Of a DNA stretch of 64,000 bases, positions 43,580 through 58,025 are shown one piece after another. Position 1 is the stretch's first letter. The number at the start of each line of letters is the position of its first letter. This DNA comes from the human T2T-CHM13v2.0 reference genome, Homo sapiens, in NCBI RefSeq assembly GCF_009914755.1, contig NC_060935.1; one strand, 5' to 3'. Below the pieces are notes generated by a model. The model was not told the origin of the DNA. It did no database searches and was given only the letters and a program-made list of their open reading frames with translations. Made by a program: the position numbers and the translations under genes.

Positions 43580-45560
43580 CACATACTCCCACACCTATTT
43601 CTGTTGACCCCATTCCATTTGCTTCCACAGATAACCATTTTAATTAGTGTCCTGTGTATCCTTTCATTTAAAAAGTTTAGGTAGATAGAAGTAAATATGA
43701 ATATTTATTCTCACATTTTTTTCTTATATAAAAGACATCATACCTGCTATGATTTGAGTGCTTGCCCCTTTCAAATTTCATGTTGATATTTAATTGCCAT
43801 TGTAACAGTATTAAGAAGTGGGACATTTGAGAGGTGAATAGGTTGTGAAGGCTCCACCCTCATGGGTAGGGTTACTGTTATTACAAAAGGGTAAGTTTGG
43901 CCCTTTTTTGCCTCTGCCCTTCTGCCATGTAATGATGTGGCAAGAAGGCCCTCACCAGATGCCTGCACCTTGATCTTGGACTTCCCAGACTCCACAACTG
44001 TGAGAAAAAAGGTTTCATTCATTATAAATTATCCAGTCTGTGGTACCCTGATATAGTAGCACAAAATAGACTAAATCAATACTACATACAGCATTTGTTC
44101 CTTGCTCCCCTCCTTCCTTCTTCCTCTCCCTCTTTCTCTCATTGTTCCCCTCTTTCTTCCTTTCTCTTAGTTCAACAGTAAATCCTGGAAAATGTTTCAT
44201 GTCAGTTCAAGGAGAGCTTTCTTATTCTTTTTTATCACAAAATATTTTAGAGTGATTAGACCATTGTATGTTTAACTGATTAGTTTTAAAATGCTGAAAT
44301 TAACAACTTATATGTACGTTATTTCATGTACATGCAAGTGTGTCACTAAGGTAAATTCACAGAGGTTGGATTATCATGTATACAGGTAAATGCAGTCGTA
44401 TTTTTAGTAGATATCTACAATTACTCTGCATGCTGTACCATTTTGTGCTCCTACTGGCCATGTTTCCAGAGTACTAGTTTTCCCACAGTCTCATCAATAG
44501 ATTGTATTGCTCAACTTTTGTGTTTTTGCGACTTTCATAGTTGTGTCATCTCAGTATGGTTTCAACTTTAATTTTTCAGATAATCATTTACGTTTAGCAT
44601 CATTTTCCATGATTATAAGCCATTTATATATTTTTCTGTACATTATTTATAGTTTTAGATATTTTTCAATTGTCTTTTGTGAATTTCTATAATTTCCTGT
44701 TTTTCATCTATAATGAAAATTACCACTTAATCTATACTTTGAGTAATATATCTTTCCCTGGTTTTTATTTGACTTTGACTATGGCATTTTTATCTTATCA
44801 TTCGTTTATGGATTCCTGATTTTAAAAGACAGAAAAATGTTCCTTACTACAGAATTATATAGGAATTAGCCTTTTTTTTCCTTCTAATATTTATAAGATT
44901 TTGTGTTCATATTTAAATTTTTCATTCATTTGGATTTTCCTTGGTTCTCAATATTAGGGATGGATCCAACTTTAGCCGTTTCTAAAAGGCTACCCAATTG
45001 TCCAACTGCATTTATTTAAAAGTTCATTTTTCCATTTGACTTGAGATGCTATCTTCACCACATATATTTGTATCTCTTTCTGTACTTAAATTTGTCCATT
45101 GATCTGTCTATTTTTGTGCCAATATGCAATTCTTTTGATAAATAAGATTTTATATAATATGTCTTAATATCTAGTAGGGTTAATTCTTTATTGCTTTTTT
45201 CTTTCTAGAGTTTTTCTTAATATTATTTTTCATATAAATTTTAGAATAAGTCTGGTTTGGGGGGTCATATAGCAATAGGTAAATTGATTAATAAAGTGAT
45301 TTGGTGAAGGTTTCACAATACATTTATGAATCAACTTCGGGAGAGTGGTTATACTTATGTTTAGTCATTATATTTTAAAATGTGACATATCTTTCCATTT
45401 GTTTTAAGTCCTTGATCAAGCATTAGTTGCCTCCTCTGAGAATCTATAATTAAATTCAAGATAAAATAATTTTTTCCATTTATTGACCCATTTTTAGCTT
45501 ACAATTTGTTTTCTACCCTTGTAAGTGTTATGTTTGGTAAATTATTTTTTATTAATATCT
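43580..45560 (-). mobile_element. Old L1ME-like fragments interrupted by an MST LTR
   Basis: cagataaccattttaattagt...tgtaccattttgtgctcctac...ggatccaacttta...ccaattgtccaac...gtccattgatctgtcta. Confidence 0.7.
43745..44078 (+). mobile_element. MaLR solo LTR (MST family)
   Basis: tgctatgatttga...gaaggccctcaccagatg...cttggacttcccag...aaatagactaaatca. 5-bp TSD atacc/atact. Confidence 0.9.
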
Positions 45561-46115
45561 CCCTTACAGATATTATACGCCATAAGGAAAGGAGTCACAG
45601 ATTTGGTAATAGAGACTCAATACACGTTTGTTGGAATGATGAAAGCATTATGAGGCATATTTTCTTACTATGTTCACCTAATAATCTTAAAGTTATCAAG
45701 TTATTAAGTAGAGCCCATTCACAAGTCCAGATCTTTTGATTTTAAATCCTGTATTTTTCCATATTTTCAATATTTAATAGGGAAGTAACATGCTAAAATG
45801 CTATAGTTTTGCAATTTTATATCTTTCTTCCTCTAGGTAAATTAGCATTGTCACAATTAATTCTTGTGACTATGTAAAATCTAATATTAGTTACTATGGT
45901 ATCAGGGGAAATGCTGTGTTTGGCCATCCGACTTTTTCTCACTAAGTCCAAATCAGACCTTCCTCATGAATATAATTATCATCATTAAAACAATAGATTA
46001 CATATCAGGCACTGAACCCATGTTCCAACATTATTTCCTTAAACTTATGAACATTTTGATGTAGGTATTATTATATTACTTTTACAGATGAAGAAACTGA
46101 GGCTTATAGAATTTA

Positions 46116-46420
<305 letters not shown>

Positions 46421-47429
46421 AAATTAGAATTTAAGCAACTTGCCCAAGGTCCTAGGATTAATCAGGGTCAGGGGTGAAGCAGGAAGCAGGAATCAAATCC
46501 AAATGGGCTTGGTATCAAACTCAAGTTTTTTGTGCTGAGCTGCTTTTCACGAAGATGACCACATATTCTGCCTTCATGTAAGGCCAGTTGTGCATTCCAA
46601 GGTTATTTTCTTAAAATTTCCAGTTTTCATTAAACAAGGATAGTTTCATCAAAAATTAGCAGGTCAATGTAAAGTGGTGCCGCCTTCTGTTAGTAAAGCA
46701 TTCAATGTCATTATTTATTTTTAACCAAATGGCCCTTGGAGTTTTTAGTATTTCTTCTCTGTGAAAATGTATTTGCATCTCCTGTGGCTGAAAGAGGGTA
46801 ATTAGTAATTCATGAATAATTTAGGAAACACTGGCTATAAGTTGTAGATATTTAAATAGTTCCCATAAATTACAGTCAAAACTATAATTTGTTCAATTGA
46901 AATTCTGTTAAAAGCTTGCATTTACATAGAATATCCAAATGCCAAATGTTGACATGCATTTTTAAAACCAACATATCAAGGCTATTTCCTTATTTAATTT
47001 AAATTAAATTCATATTCCATACCAGAAGCAATAAGGTTTGTTTGCTTTCATCAAGGGGAAAAAAGGCAAAACTATTTATGCACAGTTAGAGGCAAACACA
47101 TGGAAATAACTGCAAACTTACCAAACATGACAGTAGAAAGAAATATTTAGCAAAAATAAAATGTCTGAATAACATATACAATACAAATATCTATTACAGA
47201 AATAAAACGTGTAGTGTCCTTTACAGAATTAACTATTAGAATAAAATTATAAGCAGAAATTGAAAAACTAAAGAGAAAATGTGGGAGTCAGGATAAGTAT
47301 TAGATCTTACTATGAAATATTACAAGTACTTGAAGCAGAAATTCATAAAACTGATTTTTAAAACTACATCCATAAAAATCATTTCAAATGCCTGAACTAA
47401 ATTGTAATCCATATTATCGTATTCGATAT

Positions 47430-48300
47430 TATTCATTCATTTATTTGCTTAACAAAAATATATATAACATGTGCCTGTCATTCTTGAACATCCTGTTAGG
47501 TAATAAATCAAGCAATGGTCTGCCCTTTATAAGTTCGGTAATGCTTCACTTCCTCCCTCCCTCCCTTCCTTCCTTCCTTTCTTCCTTCCTGTTTTTCTTC
47601 CTGTCTTTTCTTGGCTTTTATATTTCATTAAATAATTCCTTTATTTATTCAAAAATTATTTACTGATTACCTACCTGCTACATTCTAGGCTATGTTCTTG
47701 GCTTTGAGGATAGAGCAGCTACCAGAGAAAAGTTTCTGCTTTCATTGACCTTTAGTGTCTACTGGAATACAGAAGTCATTAAAGCATGTCATGACTTACA
47801 TGAGTATGCCTAGAATAAACAATGCAATGTTAAGTCACGGAAACTTGTCCTTATAATAAAATATTAAACTCATAGCTTTCTTTCAAAAATGATTTTGAGA
47901 ATAATTTTCAATAAAACGACTGAAATAAACTGAAATTAGGTGGTTAAAATATGACAGTAAAGGTTCCTTTCTTAATTTATTCAACAAATCCCTGTTGAAA
48001 AGGTGCAAAGGTGGATCAAATATAGTTCTTGCTTTCAAGGGTCTTGTAAGGAGAGTGAAGTGAATTAGCAATTGTAGTATAGTGTGATTAGTGAAATGAT
48101 TGAAAAAAACAGATACACATGGAACTATGGAGACACAGAAGGGAGTTAGATCATTGGTAAGAGAGCAGGATAAGTAAAGTCCTCCTGTATACAGATGTTC
48201 AGCTGGAACTTTAAAGGATAATTTGATAACAAGATTAAGTGTGGAGAGTAGAGAGAAAAGAGTCCAGAAACAGGAAGCAGCACAAAGGTGAAGCTGGTCT
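47430..48300 (-). mobile_element. Cluster of L2 3'-end fragments with a (CCTT)n tract
   Basis: Three attcattcattt / ttattcaacaaat starts (about 47430, 47640, 47975) followed by L2-like sequence. Confidence 0.55.
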
Positions 48301-49734
48301 TGAGGGCATCAGGTCAAAGCATCAGAAGACTGCTGTGTGCCACACAAGTCCCCTGCTCATGTGAGTTGGTACGATTATAATTACTGTGGCACAGCACTAC
48401 CTACTCTCCCATATACAGATTTAATACTGTGACTTTATTGTAACTATATGTGCAAACTGTGAATTATTATTCACATTCCATTAATTATTATATTATAAGG
48501 CAGAACACATACTATAAACCATAAAACCTGTTGGAAAAAATTCCTTTTCAATTTCAAAATATTTCTTATATATGCATTATTAGGAATACTTAAATGCTCA
48601 TCACTGGTTTTCTTTCAAAAAGTAATTTCTTATTTTAGTGGCTCCAGATAGGCTCTATTCAGTTTGACACATATTTTAACTGTTAAATGTTATTTTTCTA
48701 TTAAAATTCATAAAGTCAAGGAAGACTTCAATTCAATGCAAGCTAAATGTCTTACCTCCCACCTGTCATCTGCGCAAAGCATATAATTTCCCTAAAATTA
48801 TGCAAAAATTCGCTAATTAAGATTTAATTTGCTAATCCTTGCTCAGTTAAACTAGTGGCATATGCAAATTGCCTGCTGAGCCCTTTTAAATTTTTGAAAC
48901 AAACGATAAACAAAATTTCTTTTCAGTTTAAAAACATGTAAAGAATCTGGTGATTGACACAACATAGTGGTAGATAGTTGGATAAATACTTGCTATAGTT
49001 TATTAGAAGCAAATTTGTCAGAGTCATAAAAAGCTGATGAAATGCATCCATAGGTATGTTAATTACAATGTTTCCAGGATGATAAAGGAATTAGGACAAG
49101 AGAAAATTAATAGTGGACCTCTTAAAGGGGAATATATTCTGATTCTTATTTATAAAATCGTAAGAATTTCTATAGGTTTTCTAAAACGTTGACTCATTGC
49201 TTTTTGTGTAAAACAAAATCCTATTCAATGAAAAACAGAAGACTATCTACCTTTAACAAAGGTCCAACTTTTCAGGGGTCTTACTTAAATATTCACACAA
49301 TTCCTTAAGTCAATATGGCTTGTGAATGTTTTCTGGACCCAAATTATTCTAGTTGTTTTACTGAATTACTCAGTGTTAAAGCAGCTGTGTTGGTATTGTG
49401 TAGAAGTGGATTAACCAAGGGAAAGATATATTTTGTGTGCATGCGTGTGGTGGGGGAGATAAAGATGTCTCATATATGAGTTCCTATAAATATAATGATT
49501 GATTTTTTAAAATACTGTAATTAAACACACAGGACAACTTAAAGGGAACTGAATCTTAATTTTTGTTAAGATTCAACTGTTGACACACACAAGATACAAT
49601 ATTAATTTAAATAGTTGAATATCGTACTCTGAAGATCCCAAAAATGATATGAAAAGTTCTCATTTGTTTAGCATGTAAGATAGAACAAACTCTATTAGGC
49701 CTTTTACAAATGTTATTTAGAAACAATTTTGGAG

Positions 49735-49822
49735 CTCTAGTCTCCAGAACTATAAATCTGTGTTGCTTTTTAACCAATTAAGACTGTAGCAATTTGTTAC
49801 AGTAGCAGTAGATAAGTCATAC
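49735..49822 (+). mobile_element. MLT1 LTR 3' fragment
   Basis: tctagtctccagaact...ataaatctgtgttg...gcaatttgttacagtagcagtaga...cataca. Confidence 0.7.
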
Positions 49823-50619
49823 AGCTACTTATTATTATCAGTACCGCTACTATTTTTAAAGAACAGAGTTATTTTACAACTGAAATGGGTAAACTATGCT
49901 TATCTCCTGAAATGTCTGGATGTGTGGTTTTGACAATTGGTCAAATAAAGGGCAGTGTAATTGATCATGTTCTTGTTAAAATCAGAAATTCCACAAGGAT
50001 GGGGTAGGGTCAGTTTGTTTACTGATGGCTTCATATGGTACAACAGATAAGATAGCCTGGCTGGTCTCTGTGACAACAGGAGGGAAAACTCACTAGAAAT
50101 TTCTACTTTGAGTTCTTTTGAAGCCAAGATTTCACAGCACAGTTCTTGGTGGTTCAGTCTGTAGACAAAAGGTTTCCATGTATACATAAGGACCCCAGAA
50201 AGCTTAAGCTTTTAAGAATGTTTCTCTACCAATGATACCTGATTGCACTATCTATTGCCATACATATCCTTTGCCTTTAAATAAAAGCCTTACGTGTGTA
50301 TATTTGGTGGAATCTTGCAAGTTCCTTCAAATATCCAAATATGATAATTTTTTATCTTATGATAATATCCTGTGAATGTTCTAACTTTCTAAATTTGGTT
50401 GTAGACATTGCCCCAGCGATACCATCACCTCTCGTTACAGGAGTTCTTAGATACTTTAAGGAACTTTGCTATTCAACATCCTATTTCTTACACTAGGATA
50501 TCACTTGTCACAATTTTATTTCTTAAATTTTTACATCCCCCAAAAGATTTATCTGAATGCACTATATACTGAATATTGTGTTCAGCAAACTGCAAGAGTA
50601 TTGATTGAATTAATCCTGT

Positions 50620-50622
<3 letters not shown>

Positions 50623-50650
<28 letters not shown>
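50623..50650. repeat. (CA)14 microsatellite
   Basis: Direct reading. Confidence 0.95.
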
Positions 50651-51741
50651 GCACACAAAAATATACATAATCTCACAAAATACCATTTTTAACATTATTT
50701 GCATCATTGGCTTATATTTCATAAGCATACTTTCTTTTAAATGCTCATTAGAATTCTTCAGAGGATCCTCAAAACAATTGCCAATGTGGCAGATTAGCAA
50801 ACATGCGAAGAGCCCACTTGCTATGAATTGCATTTCATGTTATAGCTGCAGAGGGTAATCAACCAGAAATTAATCCCTCTCATGTTGTGATCCATATAAC
50901 TGTGAAGTGAAATGTGATCTTGACATTGGGAATTAGAGTTGCTTACAATCAGGCAGGAGTAATGCTATTCAAGTGACACCATTTTGTGAGGTTTCAATTA
51001 GTTCACACAATAGGGGGCTTCATGATGACAGGAGCATGAGTCAAACCAACATCAAGGGGTTATCAAAGCAGAATTGCTTCAAGGAATCAATCAACTCCTC
51101 TCTCTTTGCTCATCATTGAGTTTAGATGTTGCTCTCCAGAGTTGATTAATATGGAGTCTTGTGAATGTTTGGGTCTCAGATGTTGAAGTCTGGTGATCTT
51201 TCATTTTTTATGCTTCCTCCTGTAACATAGGCATCTCTTATTAAACTATAATGATCAAGGCATAAAGAATCCCTGCAGGATTAATGATCAGAGGAAGGAG
51301 TTGAGTGCACAAGAAGTTCCCAGTTATTAGTCCTCATTGACTAACCATTAATTCTTGAAAAATATACCCAAAGTCTTATTGCTTTCTGAATTAAATAGAT
51401 GCTAAAACCAAAACTAAACTAAAAATCATCTCACATTCATTTTAAAAATTCACATATATTAAATGATCGGCATATTTGGTTATAATATAGATATTAAATA
51501 GACTATGCCAATTATATTAATCCATTTATTAATTCACATGACATAAATGTAACCAGGTATTTGCCATATGTCAAGCATTGTGTTAAATGATACTAACACA
51601 ACATAGATAATAATTCTAGCATTTACAAAGATTTTATATATGCTAAGTCTCAAGACTATGATGTAAGTAGAGATTTAGACTTCTACCAAGAATTTGAATT
51701 GTCATTTCAGTGAGTTTACATCCTTCTTTAAAAACAAATGT

Positions 51742-52014
<273 letters not shown>

Positions 52015-54522
52015 TTAATTTAGTTGTGATTTTTAGTAGAAATATTGCTAAGCTTGTATTTAAGAGAACTTGAGATTCTTCATATTTGTGAATTTAACTC
52101 AGTATATTTAAGTACTTCCAAAGTTTTTTTTGGTTAAGTTGAAAAATTAAAGTACTTAAAAATGAAAATCAAGTACATTAAATTTAGAAATTCAATGTAA
52201 AATAATTGAAGGATCTTGAAAAACTTTGTTACTGACTAATATTATCAAAGACAATTTAGAAATAACTTTCAAAATATGCCATATTATAAATTTCTTAAAT
52301 GTTAGCAAAATGAATTTAAAACATCATGAGAGCTAGATTTCTAATTGTAATACTGATAGTAATTAATAATTTAAAAAATACACCTCTGAATGACCATCTT
52401 TCCTAGGCTCCCAAAAGTTCTGTTGAGAATATTTAACAGCTTGTATTAACAATATAATATGGGTACTAATAACAAATCTGAAATAAAATATACCAAGTGT
52501 TTACAGTTTAGTCTTGACTTAATGGCTTTATATATTTTTGTACTTTCTCAATGTTCTACAGTCAATATATATAATTTTTATGTGAAAAATATCAAAGATT
52601 AGTCTTTTTATGAGATTAGACTGTGATTTACCTATTTCTCCTAGAAGTAGGTATAGCACCTAACCTTTAAAAAACGTAAAGACAGAAACTATTTTATATT
52701 TTGGAATTAAATTGTATCAAGTATTTTGCTGGTTCAAATAATATTCTACAATTGAATATTTGTTGAACAATCAGAACAAAATGTGTTTTGATTTAAATAC
52801 ACACAATTTGTAATGATATAAGACCATTTGGTCACACTTGCTGGCCTTTTCAATAAATATGTAATTGAAAAAAAAATCTTTGTTCACAAGAGGTAGGCCC
52901 TGGGCTGGATTAAGAAAACCTAATTGTAAGTTACCAATTCTGGAATCATGTAAGCATTTGGCCAAATGTAAGTCTGGACAAATGATGGAGCTCTGCTTCC
53001 CCATGAGCAAAATGGAATAACATCACAGGATTATTATAAATGCTTAAAGTCAAATATAAGTACAGTAATTAAACTATAAAATGCTACACAAATTGAAGGG
53101 TTGTTTTTTCTCCTTTAGATTCTTCATAGAAATGTCATAGTGTAGAAAATACGCTCTTTTATTTTCATGAAACTTAAAATTTAGATAGAGAAGCAAAGGA
53201 TGCATTAAGAAAATAAAGAATAAAAAGTGGGAATGAATGGATAGTAGAAACAGGCAAAGAAGAAAAAAAACGTTAAGTTGACTTTCGGGAAAAGAAAGAT
53301 AATTCTTTTGTGTAATATACCATAGACCAAGAACTGTGGTAAGCTTGAAATATAACACTGGCGATAGCATACCACTTAGTCTGAGATGTGCCACAATAAA
53401 GATGAATATATGCTGATTGCTAATAGGGTGTGCATGTGGCTTGGAGGGGTTATAAAGAGCTTCATGGTGATGTGTGTTCATAGTTTTGAAGAATTAACAG
53501 AAGTTCATCAGTCAGGGAAGAGGAGAAAGCTTATTGCAGGTAAAAGACAGAGAAGTAAGACATTGCTTGCCATGTTTGAGTATTGCTTTGATCCATTTCC
53601 CCAGTACTGCATGTTGAGCAAAGTTTGAAGATGAAGGATTCTGCAACACTGGAGGGTGACTAAATTCCAGGAAATACAGAGAAAAGCATTGGGTTGCTGC
53701 TATACACCTTGATAGCTCCTTTTTATGGTTATGCTTTTATTCTCTTGGGTACCAATGCATTTCTCTATGCAATGAAATATTAACTAAAAATCAATATATT
53801 TAAAGCAGGGGTTCTATGAAGTTTCAGTTGGTTTTCAGGCAAATAATTTTCACTCTAAGTGATGCTGCTTGAAGGAAAAATAATGCTTTTAATAAAATAC
53901 CTATTACCAGCTAATGACTCAGTTGTAAGGGATCTCAAAATGACTGGAAAATTTTCTGTATCAAAGCTAATGACCACATAGTCCCAGATAGCAAATTCTC
54001 AAGTTACACTGCTTTCTTTGCCTTTTGCAGTAGTTTGCTTGTTTTACCATTAGTGTTTTTCTTAACAGTAGAACTATGTAATACTGCAAAGAATTCACTG
54101 GAGATCAATTAGAAGAAATAGAATCATCATTGCTGACAGGTGTATAATTATTCTGACAGTAAAAATCACTTACTAACTCATCTGGGAAAAAAAATAGCCA
54201 AAACTAACCTTTGGGAAGAAGCCAACCAAGATTTGCTGTTTTAAATTCTATTGCCAATAACAGCAATTTTATTTCTTTATGCATAATGAAATAATTATTT
54301 GTTCATATACAGACTCTTACATTTCCCTTGGGAATATCTACAGAAAGGAAATATATACAAATTATTTTAATAGGACTTTAAAAATTGCCTTGGAAAGATT
54401 AAATAGCACCAAATAATAATTTCGCCTCAAAGAAAAGGATAGTTTTAGGAAAGAGTAGAAAGAGAGACTATTTGAGTACTGAATAGCATCAACCTTCAAC
54501 ATCCATGGGATAAACTCTCAGG

Positions 54523-54524
<2 letters not shown>

Positions 54525-54558
<34 letters not shown>
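54525..54558. repeat. (GT)17 microsatellite
   Basis: Direct reading. Confidence 0.96.
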
Positions 54559-54560
<2 letters not shown>

Positions 54561-54569
54561 TATTTCCCT

Positions 54570-56035
54570 AAGTCTATTGAGATATAACCCACACACCATA
54601 CAATTCACACATTTAAAGTATACAATTCAATACTTCTTTTGCATATTCACAATGTGGCACTACCATCAATTTTAGAGCCTTTTATTACCCCTAAAAGAAA
54701 CCCCGTGCCCATAAACAGTCACTCTCATCCTGCTTACCTTCTTGCCAACCCTAAGCAACCACTAATTTACTTCCTGTAGATTATAATTTTTTAAATGTAA
54801 ACATGTAAAGAAAATAATTAATTTTTGTAAAGATTATGAGGTATGGATTCAACTTCATTCTTTTGCATACAGTTACCCAGGTGTCTCAGTATCATTTGTT
54901 GGAAAAAAAAGTACTTTCCAATTGAATAATCATGGCACCTTGTCTAAGAACAATGAATCATAGATACATGGGTTTATTTCTGGATCCAGTTCTATACTAT
55001 TGATCCATGTATCTTTCCTTATATCAATATCATATTGTGTATGGGTTTGTTGTTGTTTTTCTTTTTAATTGAGGCAGTCTCGCTCTATTACCCAGGCTAG
55101 AGTGCAATGGTGTGATCATGACTCACTGCAGCCTCAACCTCCTGACTCAAGTGATCCTCTCTTCTCAGCTTCCTAAGAACCTGGGACTACAGTCATGTGT
55201 CATCATGCCTGGTGAGTTTTTGTTTTTTTTTTTTTTAAAGTTTTGTAGAGGCAAGCTCTCACTATGTTGCCCAGGCTGGTCTCCAACTCTAGGGCTCAAG
55301 CCATAATCCTGCCTCAGCCTTCCAAAGTGCTGTGATTACAGGTATGACCCACCATACCCAGCCCATACTGTCATTATAACTGTAGCATCGTAACAAGTTT
55401 TGAATTCAGAAAGTGTGTGCCCTCTTTGTTCTTCTTTATCAAGATTTTTTTGACTATTTCTGATCACTTCAATTTCCATATAAAATTTAGGATCAGTTTG
55501 TCAATTTCTTTAAAAAAATTCGAATAAGGACTAGGTTGATACCTTAATTTGGGGAAAATTGACTCCTTACAAGATTAAACCTCCTGATTCACAAACATGG
55601 AGAAAATAAATGTCTTTCCATTTATTTCAATCTACTTTCTTTAAACAATGTTTTACAATTTTCAGTAAATAAATCTTGTGCTTATCTTGATATACTTATG
55701 TGTAAGTATTTTTAGGTTTTCATATCAGGGTTATACTGGTCTCTTAGAATGACTTGGAAAATGTTCCCATTTCTTGTGTTTTATGGAAGAGTTTGTGAAG
55801 AATTTCTATTAATTATTTTTAAATGTTTTATAGATTTCACCAGTGGAGCTACCTGGGCCTGAGATTTTCTTTATCAGAGATTTTTTGCTTAAAAATTCAA
55901 TACATTTACTTGTTTTAAGTCAACTCAGATTTTCTATTTTTCTTCCTTTGGTTTCAGTAGTTTGTGTTTTTCTAGGAAGTTTTCCATTTTATATATTATC
56001 TAATAAGTTGACATATAGTTGTTAAGTGTTCTCTT
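54570..56035 (-). mobile_element. L1MB-like 3' end and ORF2 fragments, interrupted by AluJ
   Basis: tattgagatataa...caattcacacatttaaagtatacaattca...aaaagaaaccccgtgccca, then caacttcattcttttgcat and cagtggagctacctgggcctg. Confidence 0.8.
55043..55363 (-). mobile_element. AluJ
   Basis: cactgcagcctcaacctcctgactcaagtgatcctc...ctatgttgcccaggctggtc. TSD-like catattgt / catactgt. Confidence 0.92.
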
Positions 56036-56044
56036 ATACTATAA

Positions 56045-56747
56045 ACAAAGAACTGAGTAAATAAGGAAGATACTTCAAAATAATAAAGGTCATATATGGC
56101 AAAACTACAGCTAACAACCTGCTGAACAGGGAAAAATTGAAGGCCTTTCTTCTAAGATGTGGAACAAGAAAAGGATGCCTACTTTCACCACTTTTATTCA
56201 ACATAATAGGAGAATTTCTGGCTAAAGCAATCAGGCAAGAAAAAGAAATAAAAGGCATAAATTAGGGAAAGAAGTCAAATTAGCTTCACTCACAGGTGAT
56301 CTCATACCTAGAGAAACCTAAAGACTCCACCAAAGAAAAAAAAAAACTGTTAGAACTGATAAACAAATTCAGTTCACACAAAAGTCAGTAGCATCTATAC
56401 ATGCTAACCAGCATACAATCTGAATAAGAAATCAAAAAAGCAATTCCATTCACAGTAGCTGCAAGAAATATAAAATATCAAGACTCAATCTAACCAAATA
56501 AGTGAAAGATCTATATGAAGAAAATTATAAAATTCTGATGAGACAAACTGAACAGGTAACAAAAAATGGAAATATATTGCATCCTCATGGATTGGAATAA
56601 TTAACATTGTTTAATGATAATACTACTCAAAGCAATTTACAGATTCAGTGCAATCCCTGTCAAAATACCAACAGCATTCTTCATAAGAATAGAAAAAAAA
56701 ATCCTAAAGTTTATATGAGCCACAAAATATCCCAAATAGCTAAAGCT
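56045..56747 (+). mobile_element. L1 ORF2 reverse-transcriptase-domain fragment
   Basis: ggaacaagaaaaggatgcctactttcaccacttttattcaacata encodes [15 protein letters not shown], followed by gcaatcaggcaagaaaaagaaataaaaggcat. Confidence 0.9.
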
Positions 56748-57408
56748 GATGTCTGGCCCTTTTGTTACTGTACCCAGCTGTTGGGCTTCCCTATTGTTAT
56801 CGCATTGCTCTTTTGATTTTTACATTGTCCTGTGGCATAATCATTCCACAGTTTTAGCCAATTAAAGGTGTGCCTCTTTGCAGAGATAGTTTTTGAGACC
56901 AATTTGGTTTGACCCCAGGAAGACTTTTCACCATTCTTTCCCTGATTTGTTCTGGTAAACTTGCTGACATGTGGTTTAAGCTTTTGCTCTTATACTAGCA
57001 TTTTTAAATTAATCATCACCAAAACCTCCAGGCTTGAATTTTCCCACACACTGTTTCAAATGAAGTCAGTTCCTTTGGGGCAAGCTTCAGAACTGTCTAT
57101 TCTTTGGACTGCCTTTCCCCACTGGGCAAAATCTTGAAGTCACTGATGAGAAGCTAGGAGTGGGAATAGTGGCTTCTCTCAAAATGACACAGCTGCCTTA
57201 TGAGAACAGTCCTGGGCAGTGGCAATAATCTCTAGGCTTTTTGGATCACCTCTCCAGGTGTGGAATCTTGGCCTTATGAGTGAGTTGGAGACAGGACAGA
57301 GCTACAGAATTCTTTGCTTTCTGCATCTGGAGTACAGATTCTACTTTGTGACTTGGTCCTTTGGTGGTTGGGGGAAGGAGGACCCAGTTCAACAGGTTGC
57401 ACCTGCTC

Positions 57409-57881
57409 TGTAGGAGATTGGTCAGGGTGGTGGGAAAAATTATAGGAAAGATGCAAACCTTCTTGGAAGGCTGGGAGGTTTTGCAAAAGCTTTGGGAGAG
57501 GATTATAGCTGAAGATAGTTAAATTCTCTTATTCAGAGACTGAGAGCGAAGGGTACATAACAAGGGAATATAAAGGAACATATCTAGATAAATCTGTTTA
57601 CTTTTGTCTCCAGAAACCAACCTTTGATTATTCGCGTGCAGGACTGCTCTCTACTTGGAGGTTGACAATGTTAATTACCCACAAATTGTGTTTGCTCCAA
57701 GCTTTTCTCATTAAATTTGTACTAAAATAAATGTGAGCATTGCCGCCCTATGGTGGCTGCACTCTTGTCAGTGGTGTTAAGCAGTGCAATCCCCTAGCTG
57801 AACTGTCAAGCAAAATACCTGTGTTAGCATACTTCATTCATCCGTCACTCGGCCAGAGTCTGCAGGACAGACTTGGCGGCA
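57409..57881 (+). mobile_element. 5' LTR, LTR22 family (473 bp)
   Basis: tgtaggagattggtcagggtggtgggaaaaattatagg...ggca. ATTAAA at 57710 and AATAAA at 57726. The PBS follows 2 nt after the terminal CA. Confidence 0.9.
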
Positions 57882-57883
57882 GG

Positions 57884-57901
57884 TGGTGCCCCACGTGAGG
57901 A
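57884..57901 (+). promoter_or_regulatory. Primer-binding site, elongator tRNA-Met type
   Basis: TGGTGCCCCACGTGAGGA versus the reverse complement of the tRNA-Met 3' end, TGGTGCCCCGTGTGAGGA (16/18, tRNA recalled from memory). Confidence 0.85.
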
Positions 57902-57957
57902 ATGCTGCAACGGATCGTGACAGAACCCTCGAAAACCAAGGTGAAGAGACCGCGCAG

Positions 57958-57966
57958 TCAGTAAGT
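57958..57966 (+). promoter_or_regulatory. Probable proviral major splice donor
   Basis: TCA|GTAAGT in the leader between the PBS and gag. Confidence 0.65.
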
Positions 57967-58025
57967 CATTGGTGCCTGCTTGGGATTTCCAAGTTCAAGG
58001 GAATTGTTCAGGCTAGGGTTTCATC

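Noticed and set aside
55365-56747. Opposite-strand L1 pieces as a single twin-primed inversion
   Set aside because: The + and - fragments cover overlapping parts of ORF2 and look differently aged, so they are more likely separate insertions.
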